From contig CAYSQB010000002.1 of assembly GCA_964433085.1 (NCBI GenBank), positions 981 through 64,980 on the forward strand: DNA of 64,000 nt, read 5' to 3'. The notes below the pieces were generated by a model. The model searched no databases. It was not told the DNA's origin and saw only the letters and a program-made list of their open reading frames with translations. The translations under genes and the position numbers were made by a program. Below are positions 41,082 to 51,015 of this stretch, piece after piece (position 1 is the first letter of the stretch; the number at the start of each line of letters is the position of its first letter). This DNA comes from an uncultured bacterium. GTDB taxonomy: Bacteria > Fidelibacterota > Marinisomatia > Marinisomatales > AB-629-J13.

Positions 41082-41200
41082 AATATGTAATATATCTGGA
41101 GTAAATTTAACGGAATATTCTATCTGGTACCAAGAAACCGAGGATATCTCATTTCTGGTCAATCATTGAACTTATTTTTCACTTAGATGTAATTTTTTTT

Positions 41201-42223
41201 ATGAAAGCAATTTGCAAAACAAATACTGAGGCAGGACTCACACAAATAAAAGCAGAGGTGCCTGTTCCTTCCACAAATGAGGTGTTAATTAAAATCCTAA
41301 AAACAGCAATTTGCGGAACCGACCTTCATATTTATCAATGGGATGATTGGGCAAAAAATACAATTAAACCACCACTGGTAATTGGACATGAATTTGTAGG
41401 TGAAATTGCAGAGACCGGCGAGGGAGTCACTCACTATAAACCAGGAGACATAGTTTCAGGAGAGGGACATATAACCTGTGGTAACTGTAGAAATTGCAGA
41501 GCTGGACAACGCCATTTATGTAATAAAACCCTTGGAATAGGCATTCATCGGAGCGGTGCTTTTGCAGAATATATGACCCTCCCCGAAGGAAACGTCTGGC
41601 CTGTACACAAAGAAATTGATACCGATATTGCCTCTTTTTTTGATCCGCTGGGGAATGCTGTTCATTGTGCACTCAGTTTTGAAATGGTAGCTGAGGATAC
41701 TTTAATCACAGGAGCAGGGCCCATTGGTTGTATGGCAGCAGCTATTTGCAAAAAGGTTGGAGCAAGAAATGTTGTGGTAACGGATATCAACAATTATAGA
41801 TTGGATCTTGCGAAAAAAATGGGCGCAGATATGGTCGTTAATATTCAAAATGAAAATATTTCCGATTATTATAAAAAATTAAGAATTACTAACGGATTTG
41901 ATATCGGTTTAGAAATGTCTGGTAAATCCGAAGCTTTACAGGAGTTGATCAATCATATGTACCATGGTGGAAAAATTGCTTTATTAGGGATTCTTCCAAA
42001 TAAAACAACTGTATCTTGGGATGAAATTATTTTCAAAGGCCTCCATTTAAAAGGGATTTACGGAAGAGAAATGTTTGAAACATGGTATAAGATGACCCAG
42101 CTCCTTCGAGGAGGACTGGATGTCTCACCAATTATTACCCATAAGTTTCCTGCAGACGATTTCGAAACAGCGTTCTCTGTAATTGAATCCGGTAACTGCG
42201 GGAAAGTTATATTAGAATGGTAA
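41201..42223 (+). CDS. tdh: L-threonine 3-dehydrogenase
   Basis: 340-aa Zn-ADH fold with [15 protein letters not shown], the structural Zn site [15 protein letters not shown] and GAGPIG. Followed by kbl. Confidence 0.9.
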   Translation: MKAICKTNTEAGLTQIKAEVPVPSTNEVLIKILKTAICGTDLHIYQWDDWAKNTIKPPLVIGHEFVGEIAETGEGVTHYKPGDIVSGEGHITCGNCRNCRAGQRHLCNKTLGIGIHRSGAFAEYMTLPEGNVWPVHKEIDTDIASFFDPLGNAVHCALSFEMVAEDTLITGAGPIGCMAAAICKKVGARNVVVTDINNYRLDLAKKMGADMVVNIQNENISDYYKKLRITNGFDIGLEMSGKSEALQELINHMYHGGKIALLGILPNKTTVSWDEIIFKGLHLKGIYGREMFETWYKMTQLLRGGLDVSPIITHKFPADDFETAFSVIESGNCGKVILEW

Positions 42224-42227
42224 AATA

Positions 42228-43412
42228 ATGAACAACTCAGAAACACATTACAAACAGGCATTGAGAGATATTGATGAGGATGGATTGTATAAAAGGGAAC
42301 GTACCATTACCACTCCTCAAGGTGTTACTATTCGAACAAAGGAAGGAGGTGAAGCTCTCAATTTTTGCGCCAACAATTATCTAGGATTATCCAATCACCC
42401 TGATATTATAACAGCAGCAAAAAAAGCATTGGAGGAGCATGGATTTGGATTGTCATCTGTCCGATTTATATGCGGAACTCAAGACCTTCATTTAAAATTA
42501 GAAACCAGAATATCAACATTTTTTGGGACAAATGATACCATTCTGTACACATCTTGTTTTGACGCGAATGGGGGTTTATTTGAAACACTGTTGGGGCCAA
42601 AAGATGCCATCATCAGTGATGCCTTGAATCATGCTTCTATCATCGATGGGATTCGTTTGTGCAAAGCTCAGCGCTACCGATTTGCTAACAGTGATATGGA
42701 GGAGTTGGAAAAAATACTGAAAGAGACACAAGACACTCGTTTTCGTTTGATAGCTACAGATGGTGTATTTTCCATGGACGGATTTATTGCCAAACTGGAT
42801 AAAATCACCTATTTGGCTGAAAAATATAACGCGATGGTCATGGTGGATGATTCCCATGCAACAGGCTTTGTTGGCAGTACTGGCAGAGGATCCGGTGAAC
42901 ATCACAATGTCTTGAATAAAATTGATATCGTAACTTCAACACTTGGAAAAGCTTTGGGTGGTGCCTCAGGAGGGTTTACCACAGGACGGCAGGAAATTAT
43001 TGATCTGCTCCGGCAGCGATCACGACCTTACCTTTTTTCCAACACTCTGGCTCCGGCAATTGTTGGCGCAGGAATCAAGGTATTTGATATACTTTCTTCA
43101 ACAACTGTATTTCGGGATAAACTTGAAGAAAACACCATTTATTTTCGTAATAAAATGATAGAAGCGGGTTTTGACATAAAAGCAGGAAGCCATCCCATTG
43201 TACCAGTTATGCTTTACGATGCAAAACTGGCACAGAGAATGGCAGAGGAATTACTGAAAAAAGGAATTTATGTTATTGGTTTTTTCTATCCCGTCGTACC
43301 AAAAAATGAAGCAAGAATTAGGGTGCAAATTTCTGCCGCTATGGATAAATATCATTTAGATAAAGCTGTAGAAACCTTTTTAAGTGTGGGACAGAAATTA
43401 AAAGTAATATAA
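42228..43412 (+). CDS. kbl: Glycine C-acetyltransferase (2-amino-3-ketobutyrate CoA ligase)
   Basis: 394-aa alpha-oxoamine synthase family with DDSHATGF and the PLP-Lys in STLGKALGG. Paired with tdh. Confidence 0.9.
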   Translation: MNNSETHYKQALRDIDEDGLYKRERTITTPQGVTIRTKEGGEALNFCANNYLGLSNHPDIITAAKKALEEHGFGLSSVRFICGTQDLHLKLETRISTFFGTNDTILYTSCFDANGGLFETLLGPKDAIISDALNHASIIDGIRLCKAQRYRFANSDMEELEKILKETQDTRFRLIATDGVFSMDGFIAKLDKITYLAEKYNAMVMVDDSHATGFVGSTGRGSGEHHNVLNKIDIVTSTLGKALGGASGGFTTGRQEIIDLLRQRSRPYLFSNTLAPAIVGAGIKVFDILSSTTVFRDKLEENTIYFRNKMIEAGFDIKAGSHPIVPVMLYDAKLAQRMAEELLKKGIYVIGFFYPVVPKNEARIRVQISAAMDKYHLDKAVETFLSVGQKLKVI

Positions 43413-43504
43413 AAAAAATTAATAAAGTTTTGCCTGTATAAAATCTGCCAACTTATATTTGCTGGCTTTTTTCGTATCATAAAATAATATTTAGCATTCA
43501 TTAA

Positions 43505-45418
43505 ATGAACAAACCACAGACACCTCGGTATATTATTATCGGACTTATTTTCACGTGGGCACTGTATTCTATTTGGCCCTCTATTCGGTTCCAAACTCTT
43601 TCTGAAGAAAAAAAGGAAACCATGCGGGAAGAGGGAACGATGGAAATCTTGGAAAATAAGGTTATCCGTCAGGGCCTGGATTTAAAGGGAGGAATGTACA
43701 TCGTCCTAGAAGTAGATCTTCCGGCATTGATAACTAATCTAGCTCTGAATATTGACCAACCTTTTGAAAACGCTATAGAGGAATTATCAGAACAAGTCAA
43801 TGTTCCTGATGCAGATTTTTTTGTTCTATTCAAGGATGCCGTAACAAAACATAATTTAAGACTTCCCCGGTATTATCATGAATATGGTGCAAACGTAGAT
43901 GATATCGTTGATCGATTAAAAGATGAGTCAGATGATGCTATTAACCGTGTATTAGAAATCCTTAGAAACCGGGTAGATCAATTTGGTGTTTCAGAACCAA
44001 CTATCCAAAAACAGGGTAGCAGTCGAATCATTGTTGAGCTAGCTGGGATTCAAGATCCAGAGCGAGCCCGAGCTTTGCTCCAAAGCACAGCTCTTCTTGA
44101 ATTCTATCTGGTAAAAGATGGGGAACTTACAAACTCTCTCAATCTGAAAATCGATAAGTTGTTAAAGGGAAAAGAAGAACTGCAAGAACTTGTTAGCGGA
44201 GAAGAAGATATGGGTGACGATACAACATCCGTTAATACAGAATCCATTCTAAGTAAAGACAAAACTATCCCTGTAAGTGAGCTATTTGGAGATGAAGGTT
44301 CAGAGAATGATACATCTTCAGCTGTCGTAGATCAACGATTATTTGAAGACCGCCCCTTTTCCTCTCTTCTAAGAAATCTGGGTGGAGATATGGGTGTTCC
44401 AGAGAAAAATGTTTATGCTGTTAAGAAAATTTTATCATTGGAGGATGTAAGAGCACAATTAGAATCAGGAAATGGGCAATTATTTTTTGGTAATGATGCA
44501 CAAACAATTATTGGCCCTGATGGTATGGAAGAAAAAATTATCCCCCTTTATCATTTGGAGGATGCACCAGATTTAACAGGTGGAGTCATAGAAGAAGCAA
44601 GAGAACAAATTGGAAGTCAGGCAGGCTCAACTGCGGGGCAACCGATAGTTCTCCTGGATATGAACAATGATGGAGCAAAACAGTGGAGCCGTATAACAGG
44701 AGCAAACGTTGGAAAAAGGATTGCCATTGTTCTTGATCAAAAAGTACACATGGCTCCCTTCATTCGCGAAAAAATTATCAATGGGGGTACTCAGATCGAA
44801 GGATTCGCTGATATAAATGAGGCTAAAGATATTGCGATCGTCCTGCGAGCAGGAGCACTTCCTGTTCCTGTAAATATTATCGAAGAAAGAATCGTCGGAC
44901 CGTCCTTAGGTTCTGATTCCGTTAGACAGGGTACTTTCTCAGTCATTGTAGGATTATCTCTTGTACTACTTTTCATGCTTATTTATTATCGGGCTGCCGG
45001 TTCCGTAGCTGATTTAGCATTAATTTGGAATCTTTTACTCATTTTGGCTGTTTTGGCTTCACTGAAAGCAACACTAACCCTTCCCGGAATTGCTGCACTG
45101 ATCCTGACGGTGGGGATGTCTATTGATGCGAATGTCATCATTTTTGAACGGATTCGAGAGGAATTAAGAAAAGGGAAAACTCCTCGCGCTGCTATCGACG
45201 CTGGTTACAGCCGGGCCATTACTGCTATTGTTGATGCAAATATTACAACTGTAATTGCAGCACTAGTCTTATTTCAATTTGGCACCGGTCCCATAAAAGG
45301 ATTTGCTACAGTTTTATTTTGGGGAATCCTCATCAGCATGTTCACAGCAATTTTTGTTACCCGCACTATTTTTAATTCCTTTACAAAAGGTAAACAACTC
45401 AAAACACTCAGCATATGA
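43505..45418 (+). CDS. secD: Protein translocase subunit SecD
   Basis: 637 aa with GLDLKGGM, VDQFGVSEP, and C-terminal TM bundle motifs LPGIAALILTVGMSIDANVIIFERIREE. Confidence 0.93.
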   Translation: MNKPQTPRYIIIGLIFTWALYSIWPSIRFQTLSEEKKETMREEGTMEILENKVIRQGLDLKGGMYIVLEVDLPALITNLALNIDQPFENAIEELSEQVNVPDADFFVLFKDAVTKHNLRLPRYYHEYGANVDDIVDRLKDESDDAINRVLEILRNRVDQFGVSEPTIQKQGSSRIIVELAGIQDPERARALLQSTALLEFYLVKDGELTNSLNLKIDKLLKGKEELQELVSGEEDMGDDTTSVNTESILSKDKTIPVSELFGDEGSENDTSSAVVDQRLFEDRPFSSLLRNLGGDMGVPEKNVYAVKKILSLEDVRAQLESGNGQLFFGNDAQTIIGPDGMEEKIIPLYHLEDAPDLTGGVIEEAREQIGSQAGSTAGQPIVLLDMNNDGAKQWSRITGANVGKRIAIVLDQKVHMAPFIREKIINGGTQIEGFADINEAKDIAIVLRAGALPVPVNIIEERIVGPSLGSDSVRQGTFSVIVGLSLVLLFMLIYYRAAGSVADLALIWNLLLILAVLASLKATLTLPGIAALILTVGMSIDANVIIFERIREELRKGKTPRAAIDAGYSRAITAIVDANITTVIAALVLFQFGTGPIKGFATVLFWGILISMFTAIFVTRTIFNSFTKGKQLKTLSI

Positions 45419-46347
45419 GAATTATTAAAGAAACCCACATCAAATTTATGAGTCAAAGACGGGCAGGTTTCATGGTGTCCCTGTTTTTAATTCTTGCTGG
45501 TATCGCATCATTGGTAATGAAACAAGGTCCCAAATTAGGTATTGATTTCCAGGGTGGAACACTAATTGCTGTTCAATTTACTCAGCCCATGGAAATTACA
45601 CATATTAGGTCTGCTCTTAATGCTGTTCCGCTGGATGGTAGAGTGATTGATCTCAGTAAAGAAGAAATGAAGCATTTTGGGGGAGAAACTAATGTTGCAA
45701 TCCGCCTCACTCCACGAGAAAATGAGGGTGAACAATTTGTACAATCAGTGATTACCCACTTATCTACTTCTTTCCCTGATTTGGTACCAGAAGACTCTAA
45801 AGACTTTATTCTGACTATTGAAAAAGTAGGACCGAAAATTGGAGCGGAACTCAGTGGTAAAGCTGTTATGGCAATTGGATCAGCACTCATTTTAATTTTA
45901 CTGTATATCTCCATTCGCTTCGAATTTATTTTCGCTCTTGGTGCTATTGTCGCTCTATCACATGATGTATTGATCACATTAGGAATATTTTCTATATTAG
46001 ATTATGAAATTTCACTCCCTATTATCGCTGCTTTCTTAACAATAGTTGGATATTCGTTAAATGATACAATTATCATTTTTGATCGGATCAGAGAAAACAT
46101 TAAGTCAAACAAACGTGCCTCTTATATTGATACTGTAGACAAATCGATTAATCAATCTATCAGCCGAACGCTCATCACCTCTTTAACCACTTTTTTAGTG
46201 GTTTTTATCCTATGGATATTTGGAGGAGAGGTCATTCATCTCTTTGCATTTGCCATGATGATTGGTGTAATTATTGGAACATATTCCAGTATCTACATCG
46301 CCAGTCCTTTCGTGGTTCTCCTCCATAGCAAAAAACACACTAAATAA
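45415..46347 (+). CDS. secF: Protein translocase subunit SecF
   Basis: 310 aa with GIDFQGGT and VGYSLNDTIIIFDRIREN. Overlaps the secD stop by 4 nt. Confidence 0.93.
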   Translation: MRIIKETHIKFMSQRRAGFMVSLFLILAGIASLVMKQGPKLGIDFQGGTLIAVQFTQPMEITHIRSALNAVPLDGRVIDLSKEEMKHFGGETNVAIRLTPRENEGEQFVQSVITHLSTSFPDLVPEDSKDFILTIEKVGPKIGAELSGKAVMAIGSALILILLYISIRFEFIFALGAIVALSHDVLITLGIFSILDYEISLPIIAAFLTIVGYSLNDTIIIFDRIRENIKSNKRASYIDTVDKSINQSISRTLITSLTTFLVVFILWIFGGEVIHLFAFAMMIGVIIGTYSSIYIASPFVVLLHSKKHTK

Positions 46348-46391
46348 ATACTTCATAGCACTATATTCAAAAGTGCATGAATTCTATTTAT

Positions 46392-46664
46392 TTATTTTAA
46401 TTTTTTCACTTCATCATAACTATAGCTGACGGAACTGTTGTTACCGGGGTCTTTTACTAGAGTTACTTGGAACCCGTCAACAGTGTTCACTTCCTTGATT
46501 CCATCAATATGCATTTTCTTATGTTTAAATGTAGGTTTTTCACTGACTTGGATCTTCGCATCTTTTGAAGTATCAGCAGCAACAAAATAATTGCCGTGCT
46601 GTTCATAGAGTCCATCCATCAGTTCACTATCATAAAAGCCTACGTGAATCATATAAAGTTTCAT
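46392..46664 (-). CDS. DUF1543-like small protein
   Basis: 90 aa. MKLYMIHVGFYD...EQHGNYFVAA...KMHIDGIKEV..VDGFQV resembles the DUF1543 pattern from memory. Confidence 0.5.
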   Translation of the reverse strand: MKLYMIHVGFYDSELMDGLYEQHGNYFVAADTSKDAKIQVSEKPTFKHKKMHIDGIKEVNTVDGFQVTLVKDPGNNSSVSYSYDEVKKLK

Positions 46665-46752
46665 ATTAAATACCTTTTCATTTAAATTGGTTAATCTTTA
46701 TTAAGAAATTAATATTATTTTACTACCCAATAATTTAATTGCAGAGGTAACT

Positions 46753-47322
46753 ATGAAAACAAAAGTATCGATTTTATTATTGCTAACTTTAATTTTTACA
46801 ACCGGATGTGAAGATAACTTCTCAAAACTTACACCTGATTGGGTAGATAAAATACTCTCCAGGACCACAAACAATAGTTCTCTGGTAGGTACTTGGTCTT
46901 ATTCATCCATCGTTTCTTATGATAACACAGACTGTTCGGGAGAAGGAGAACTTTCTGATTACAGTGGTACAGTTACATATGGAGAGATGGATGCGGTGAG
47001 GACTGAAAATCTTTTACTCACATTTTCTGATTTTCAACAGAAAGGATATTCAGAAAACACATTTCAGGAGATGTGTTTCCAAAAAAATGGTTCTTTGAAT
47101 ACCGGTGGTAACTGCGAACTAACATGGGTTACACATTTTGAATATTTCCTTACAGAAAATGGATATTGCGAAACGTATTCAAAAAACAATTCAAAAGGAG
47201 AATCTATTACATTTTGCGGCAGTTTGACCCAATTAGATGGTTCAAGTGAGATAACTTTTTTGTGGGATTCGGATAAAACTGAAAAGTCAGGTTGTAAGAT
47301 TGTTGGACTTACAATTCAGTAA
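46753..47322 (+). CDS. Hypothetical Cys-rich lipoprotein
   Basis: 189 aa with a signal peptide and lipobox-like LIFTTGC, and 7 Cys in the mature part. No family recognised. Confidence 0.6.
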   Translation: MKTKVSILLLLTLIFTTGCEDNFSKLTPDWVDKILSRTTNNSSLVGTWSYSSIVSYDNTDCSGEGELSDYSGTVTYGEMDAVRTENLLLTFSDFQQKGYSENTFQEMCFQKNGSLNTGGNCELTWVTHFEYFLTENGYCETYSKNNSKGESITFCGSLTQLDGSSEITFLWDSDKTEKSGCKIVGLTIQ

Positions 47323-47423
47323 TTGAAATCCAATCATTAATAATAATTCCTGCGTTTGTAGGATTTTTGCTTTAGGTAAAGAAACCTAAAATGACTACCT
47401 ATCGATAAAAATTGTAAATTGAA

Positions 47424-47972
47424 ATGTATCATTTAGGCATGTCCTCAAGAATAAAAAATGAAATTCTATATTCAGTGGAAAAAACTCCGTTTGGGTCAAT
47501 GGCAGTTGCACATACTTTTTCGGGCGTATGTTCCATTTTATTTCCTGAAGAAAGCCCTTTTAAAAGTTCTCTATTACAAAAATTTCCACATGCAAAAATC
47601 TATAACGAATCTACAGATTCTACAGGATGTGCAGAGCAGATAAAGGAATATTTTGATGGTAAACGAACTGTCTTTGATGTGGATTTGGATTTGGATTTAC
47701 CTACATTTTATACAAAAACATTGAAAGCTGTTTTGACCATCCCTTATGGTAAGACCTTATCCTACAAGGAAATTGCTCAAAAAACCGGAACCCCAAAAGG
47801 TGCTCGAGCCGTCGGAAATGCTAATGCACACAACCCCATTCCCTTAATTATACCGTGTCATCGCGTGATCAGACATGATGGGAGTCTCGGAGGATATGGC
47901 GGGAGGGTTGATCGAAAAGCGTTTCTTCTGGAACACGAAAAACAACTATCATCTGTTGAATTAAGTCAATGA
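47424..47972 (+). CDS. ogt: Methylated-DNA--protein-cysteine methyltransferase
   Basis: 182 aa with YGKTLSYKEIA, NPIPLIIPCHRV (active-site PCHR) and LGGYGG. Confidence 0.88.
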   Translation: MYHLGMSSRIKNEILYSVEKTPFGSMAVAHTFSGVCSILFPEESPFKSSLLQKFPHAKIYNESTDSTGCAEQIKEYFDGKRTVFDVDLDLDLPTFYTKTLKAVLTIPYGKTLSYKEIAQKTGTPKGARAVGNANAHNPIPLIIPCHRVIRHDGSLGGYGGRVDRKAFLLEHEKQLSSVELSQ

Positions 47973-48553
47973 TTTCCCATCTTAGACGAACCATTTTAAC
48001 AGGATTATTGGCCATTGCACCGGTCGCTCTGACATTCTATATCCTGAAGGCAATTTTTTCCTTTTTGGATAACTTAACCTCCCCCCTTTTCAAGGAAATG
48101 AATATTTATATCCCAGGGCTGGGAATATTACTCACCTTACTTCTTGTCTATTTTTTAGGATTATTTATAACCAATATACTAGGGAAACAGGTTTTATATT
48201 GGTTTGAAACACTTATTAAAAATATTCCCCTGGTTAACACTATTTATAACACAATAAAACAAATTACACAGGCAATAACAGGAACAGCCGAGAATAATTT
48301 TCAAAGTGTGGTTTATATTGAGTATCCTCGAAAAGAGTTGTGGACCCTGGCATTTGTGACAGGAGAATCAGAAAATGAAAATCAGATAGAACTTTATCAT
48401 CTATTTGTTCCTACTACACCTAACCCTACCTCCGGAGTGTTCATTATTATTCCAAAAAAAGATACAAGAAAAACAGAATTAAGTATTGAGGAAGCATTAA
48501 AGAGTGTTATTTCTGGTGGAATGCTGGCATCGAAAAAACATAATATAAACTGA
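47969..48553 (+). CDS. DUF502 family membrane protein
   Basis: 194 aa with two N-terminal TMs, a GLLAIAPVALTFYIL start, and a PTTPNPTSG motif typical of DUF502. ATGA overlap with ogt. Confidence 0.65.
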   Translation: MISHLRRTILTGLLAIAPVALTFYILKAIFSFLDNLTSPLFKEMNIYIPGLGILLTLLLVYFLGLFITNILGKQVLYWFETLIKNIPLVNTIYNTIKQITQAITGTAENNFQSVVYIEYPRKELWTLAFVTGESENENQIELYHLFVPTTPNPTSGVFIIIPKKDTRKTELSIEEALKSVISGGMLASKKHNIN

Positions 48554-48563
48554 GAAAATAAAA

Positions 48564-50357
48564 TTGGGCATACAATACATAGATGGCAAACGGTTTTACC
48601 GATCTTTATCTGCCGGAATCAGACGTCTTTTATCCCGACAGGATTATCTGAATAAAATCAATGTCTTTCCAGTTCCTGACAGTGATACAGGAACCAACAT
48701 GGGATTTACAATGTCTTCTATCGAGAGTAGTTTTAAGATCGAGAACAACATTTCTATCTCTCAAGCTGCGGAAGGAATCGCAGAATTAACCATCAACAAT
48801 GCCAGAGGAAATTCTGGTGCTATTCTAGCACAATTTTTTACTGGTTTTTCTGAGGGTGTAAAGAAAAAAAATAAACTCACACCCTCAGAATTCTCCCACG
48901 CCCTGCAGATAGCAAAACAGTACTCCTATGATGCGCTGATGAAACCAAAGGAAGGGACAATTTTGACCGTCATCAGTGATTGGATAAATGCCATACACAA
49001 GGTCAGTTCCAATATAACGGATTTTAAAAAACTATTAACCCATGGACTTAATGAAGCCTTGATATCACTTTCTAAAACACCCGAAAAACTAGATGTCCTT
49101 TCAAAAGCCGGGGTCGTTGACGCGGGTGCCCAGGGATTTGTAGATATTCTTGAAGGCATAAACAACTTCATTTATAGCGGGATTGTTGAAGAATTAACGA
49201 CAGAGGCAATCACTGAAACACCTTCCGTGATAGAATCCATTTCTTTTAATGAAAAATACAGATTTTGTACTGAATGTCTCATCAGTGGAAATGAGCTGGA
49301 CAGATCTAAATTGAAATCAAAATTAACTGAATTGGGTGATTCAATTGTGGTTGCGGGCAGTAGCTCCAGAATGAAAGTACATATTCATACCGACCACCCG
49401 AAAAAAGTGATTCATATGTGTCAAAACTTTGGTACAGTTTCTGATGAAAAGGCCGACGATATGATCAGACAACAGCACGATGCCCACGGAACTCATCAGG
49501 AAACCGCTGTTCTCGTAGATTCAGGTTGCGATCTACCCGAGGATATTCTCCGCAAATATAACATTCATATGATTCCTGTTAGATTAAATTTCGGCCCAGA
49601 ACATTTTGTAGACAAAATGACTATCACCTCCGGTGAATTTTGGGAAAAATTAGAAATGAGCCCTCATCACCCTCAAACCTCGCAACCTACACCAGGAGAT
49701 TTTTTACGTCAATATCAATTATTATCCAGCCATTATAAACAGACTATTTCAATACACATTCCGGAGAATGTAAGCGGAACATACCAATCAGCCCGACTTG
49801 CTTCTGAAAAACTGAGTTCCATGCCCATCTCTGTGATTGACTCTCACAACGGATCCATAGGACTGGGATTGATCGCTATCCGAATTGCGGAAGCCATAAT
49901 AGCAGGAAAAACAATTGACGAAATACATACAATTGCTAAAGAAGCTATCGAAAACACCACTCTCTATATTGGACTTGAAACACTTGATTTTGCGGTAAGA
50001 GGTGGACGTCTCCCCGCATCGGTGAAGAAAGTAGCTGACCTGATTAAGATAAATCCCATTTTGTCATTCACCTCAAAAGGGATTAAGCCCGTGGGGAAAA
50101 CATTTGGTCGAAAAAATATTATGGAAAAATTTAATAACTATGTTCAAAAAACAATTGACTGGAATCAACCGTTAAGAATAGGTATCTCCCACGCAAATTG
50201 CGAAGAAAAAGCACTTAAGTTTCGGGATAATTTTATACAAAAAGTCGGAAAGGAAAATGTCTTTGTGTCCGAAGTTGGTCCTGGCCTAGGTGCTCATGCA
50301 GGCCCCGGGGCAATGGTTATATCAATCCAAACTCTTTTTGACTCACTCAATGGTTAG
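48564..50357 (+). CDS. Dak2 (FakA-like kinase domain) - DegV (FakB-like fatty-acid-binding) fusion protein
   Basis: 597 aa. The N-terminal part has LNKINVFPVPDSDTGTNM and ARGNSG (Dak2/YloV pattern). The C-terminal ~290 aa has AVLVDSGCDLPEDILRKYNIHMIPVRLNF...TSQPTPGDF (DegV pattern). Apparent TTG start. Confidence 0.8.
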   Translation: MGIQYIDGKRFYRSLSAGIRRLLSRQDYLNKINVFPVPDSDTGTNMGFTMSSIESSFKIENNISISQAAEGIAELTINNARGNSGAILAQFFTGFSEGVKKKNKLTPSEFSHALQIAKQYSYDALMKPKEGTILTVISDWINAIHKVSSNITDFKKLLTHGLNEALISLSKTPEKLDVLSKAGVVDAGAQGFVDILEGINNFIYSGIVEELTTEAITETPSVIESISFNEKYRFCTECLISGNELDRSKLKSKLTELGDSIVVAGSSSRMKVHIHTDHPKKVIHMCQNFGTVSDEKADDMIRQQHDAHGTHQETAVLVDSGCDLPEDILRKYNIHMIPVRLNFGPEHFVDKMTITSGEFWEKLEMSPHHPQTSQPTPGDFLRQYQLLSSHYKQTISIHIPENVSGTYQSARLASEKLSSMPISVIDSHNGSIGLGLIAIRIAEAIIAGKTIDEIHTIAKEAIENTTLYIGLETLDFAVRGGRLPASVKKVADLIKINPILSFTSKGIKPVGKTFGRKNIMEKFNNYVQKTIDWNQPLRIGISHANCEEKALKFRDNFIQKVGKENVFVSEVGPGLGAHAGPGAMVISIQTLFDSLNG

Positions 50358-51015
50358 TCCCTGGATCATTTTTATTCTGGTTTTATTTCTAAGCTATATG
50401 TCCGGCTCTACTCCAACCAGCATCATCGTTGGAAAACTAACAAAAGGGATTGACATTCGGGAACACGGCAGTGGGAATGCCGGAGGAACAAATGTTTTCC
50501 GTGTTCTGGGATGGAAACCTGCTCTCATGGTCGTTGTTGTAGATGTATTTAAAGGTTGGCTTCCCACCGCAGTTTATGCCCTGCATAGCATAAACTATAT
50601 CAACATAGGTGATGTTGGAATTCTCCAGATTCTATGTGGTTTTTTTGCGGTATTAGGCCACACTTATCCAATTTTTGCGAGGTTCAAGGGAGGAAAGGGT
50701 GTTGGAACGTTGGGAGGCATGCTGATCGCTCTATTTCCGGTTGCTATTCCTCTTTGTCTAGTTGTTTTTGCTATAACATTAATTTTAACAGGGTATGTTT
50801 CCCTTGGCTCTATCTTAGCATCCTCATCCCTTCCCATATTCCTATTTATCCTTCCAGTTATTACAACCATCACACCTCCACCGCTCTCACTCTTAATCTT
50901 TTCCTTATTGATCCCCTGGTTTGTCATTTATACCCACAGAAGTAATATATCTCGGTTACGAAACGGAAATGAAAATCAATTCAAAAAAGCGATGATCTTT
51001 CGAAAAAATTCTTAG
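50350..51015 (+). CDS. plsY: Glycerol-3-phosphate acyltransferase (acyl-phosphate dependent)
   Basis: GSGNAGGTNVFRVLG, HTYPIFARFKGGKGV. Start set at ATG 50350 (MVSPWIIF...), overlapping the upstream stop by 8 nt (ATGGTTAG). Confidence 0.9.
   Translation: MVSPWIIFILVLFLSYMSGSTPTSIIVGKLTKGIDIREHGSGNAGGTNVFRVLGWKPALMVVVVDVFKGWLPTAVYALHSINYINIGDVGILQILCGFFAVLGHTYPIFARFKGGKGVGTLGGMLIALFPVAIPLCLVVFAITLILTGYVSLGSILASSSLPIFLFILPVITTITPPPLSLLIFSLLIPWFVIYTHRSNISRLRNGNENQFKKAMIFRKNS

Noticed and set aside
39458-41200. parS site or DnaA boxes near parAB
   Set aside because: I found no TGTTTCACGTGAAACA-like or TTATCCACA-like sequence by eye. The only CACGTG core noticed (about 43545, inside secD) does not have the flanking arms. 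A computational scan is needed.
43446-43472. Terminator after kbl (GCCAAC...GCTGGC followed by TTTTTT)
   Set aside because: The stem is only 4 bp plus a mismatch and 1 bp, too weak to call as a feature. The hairpin after secF (GCACT-9nt-AGTGC, about 46360) is similarly weak.
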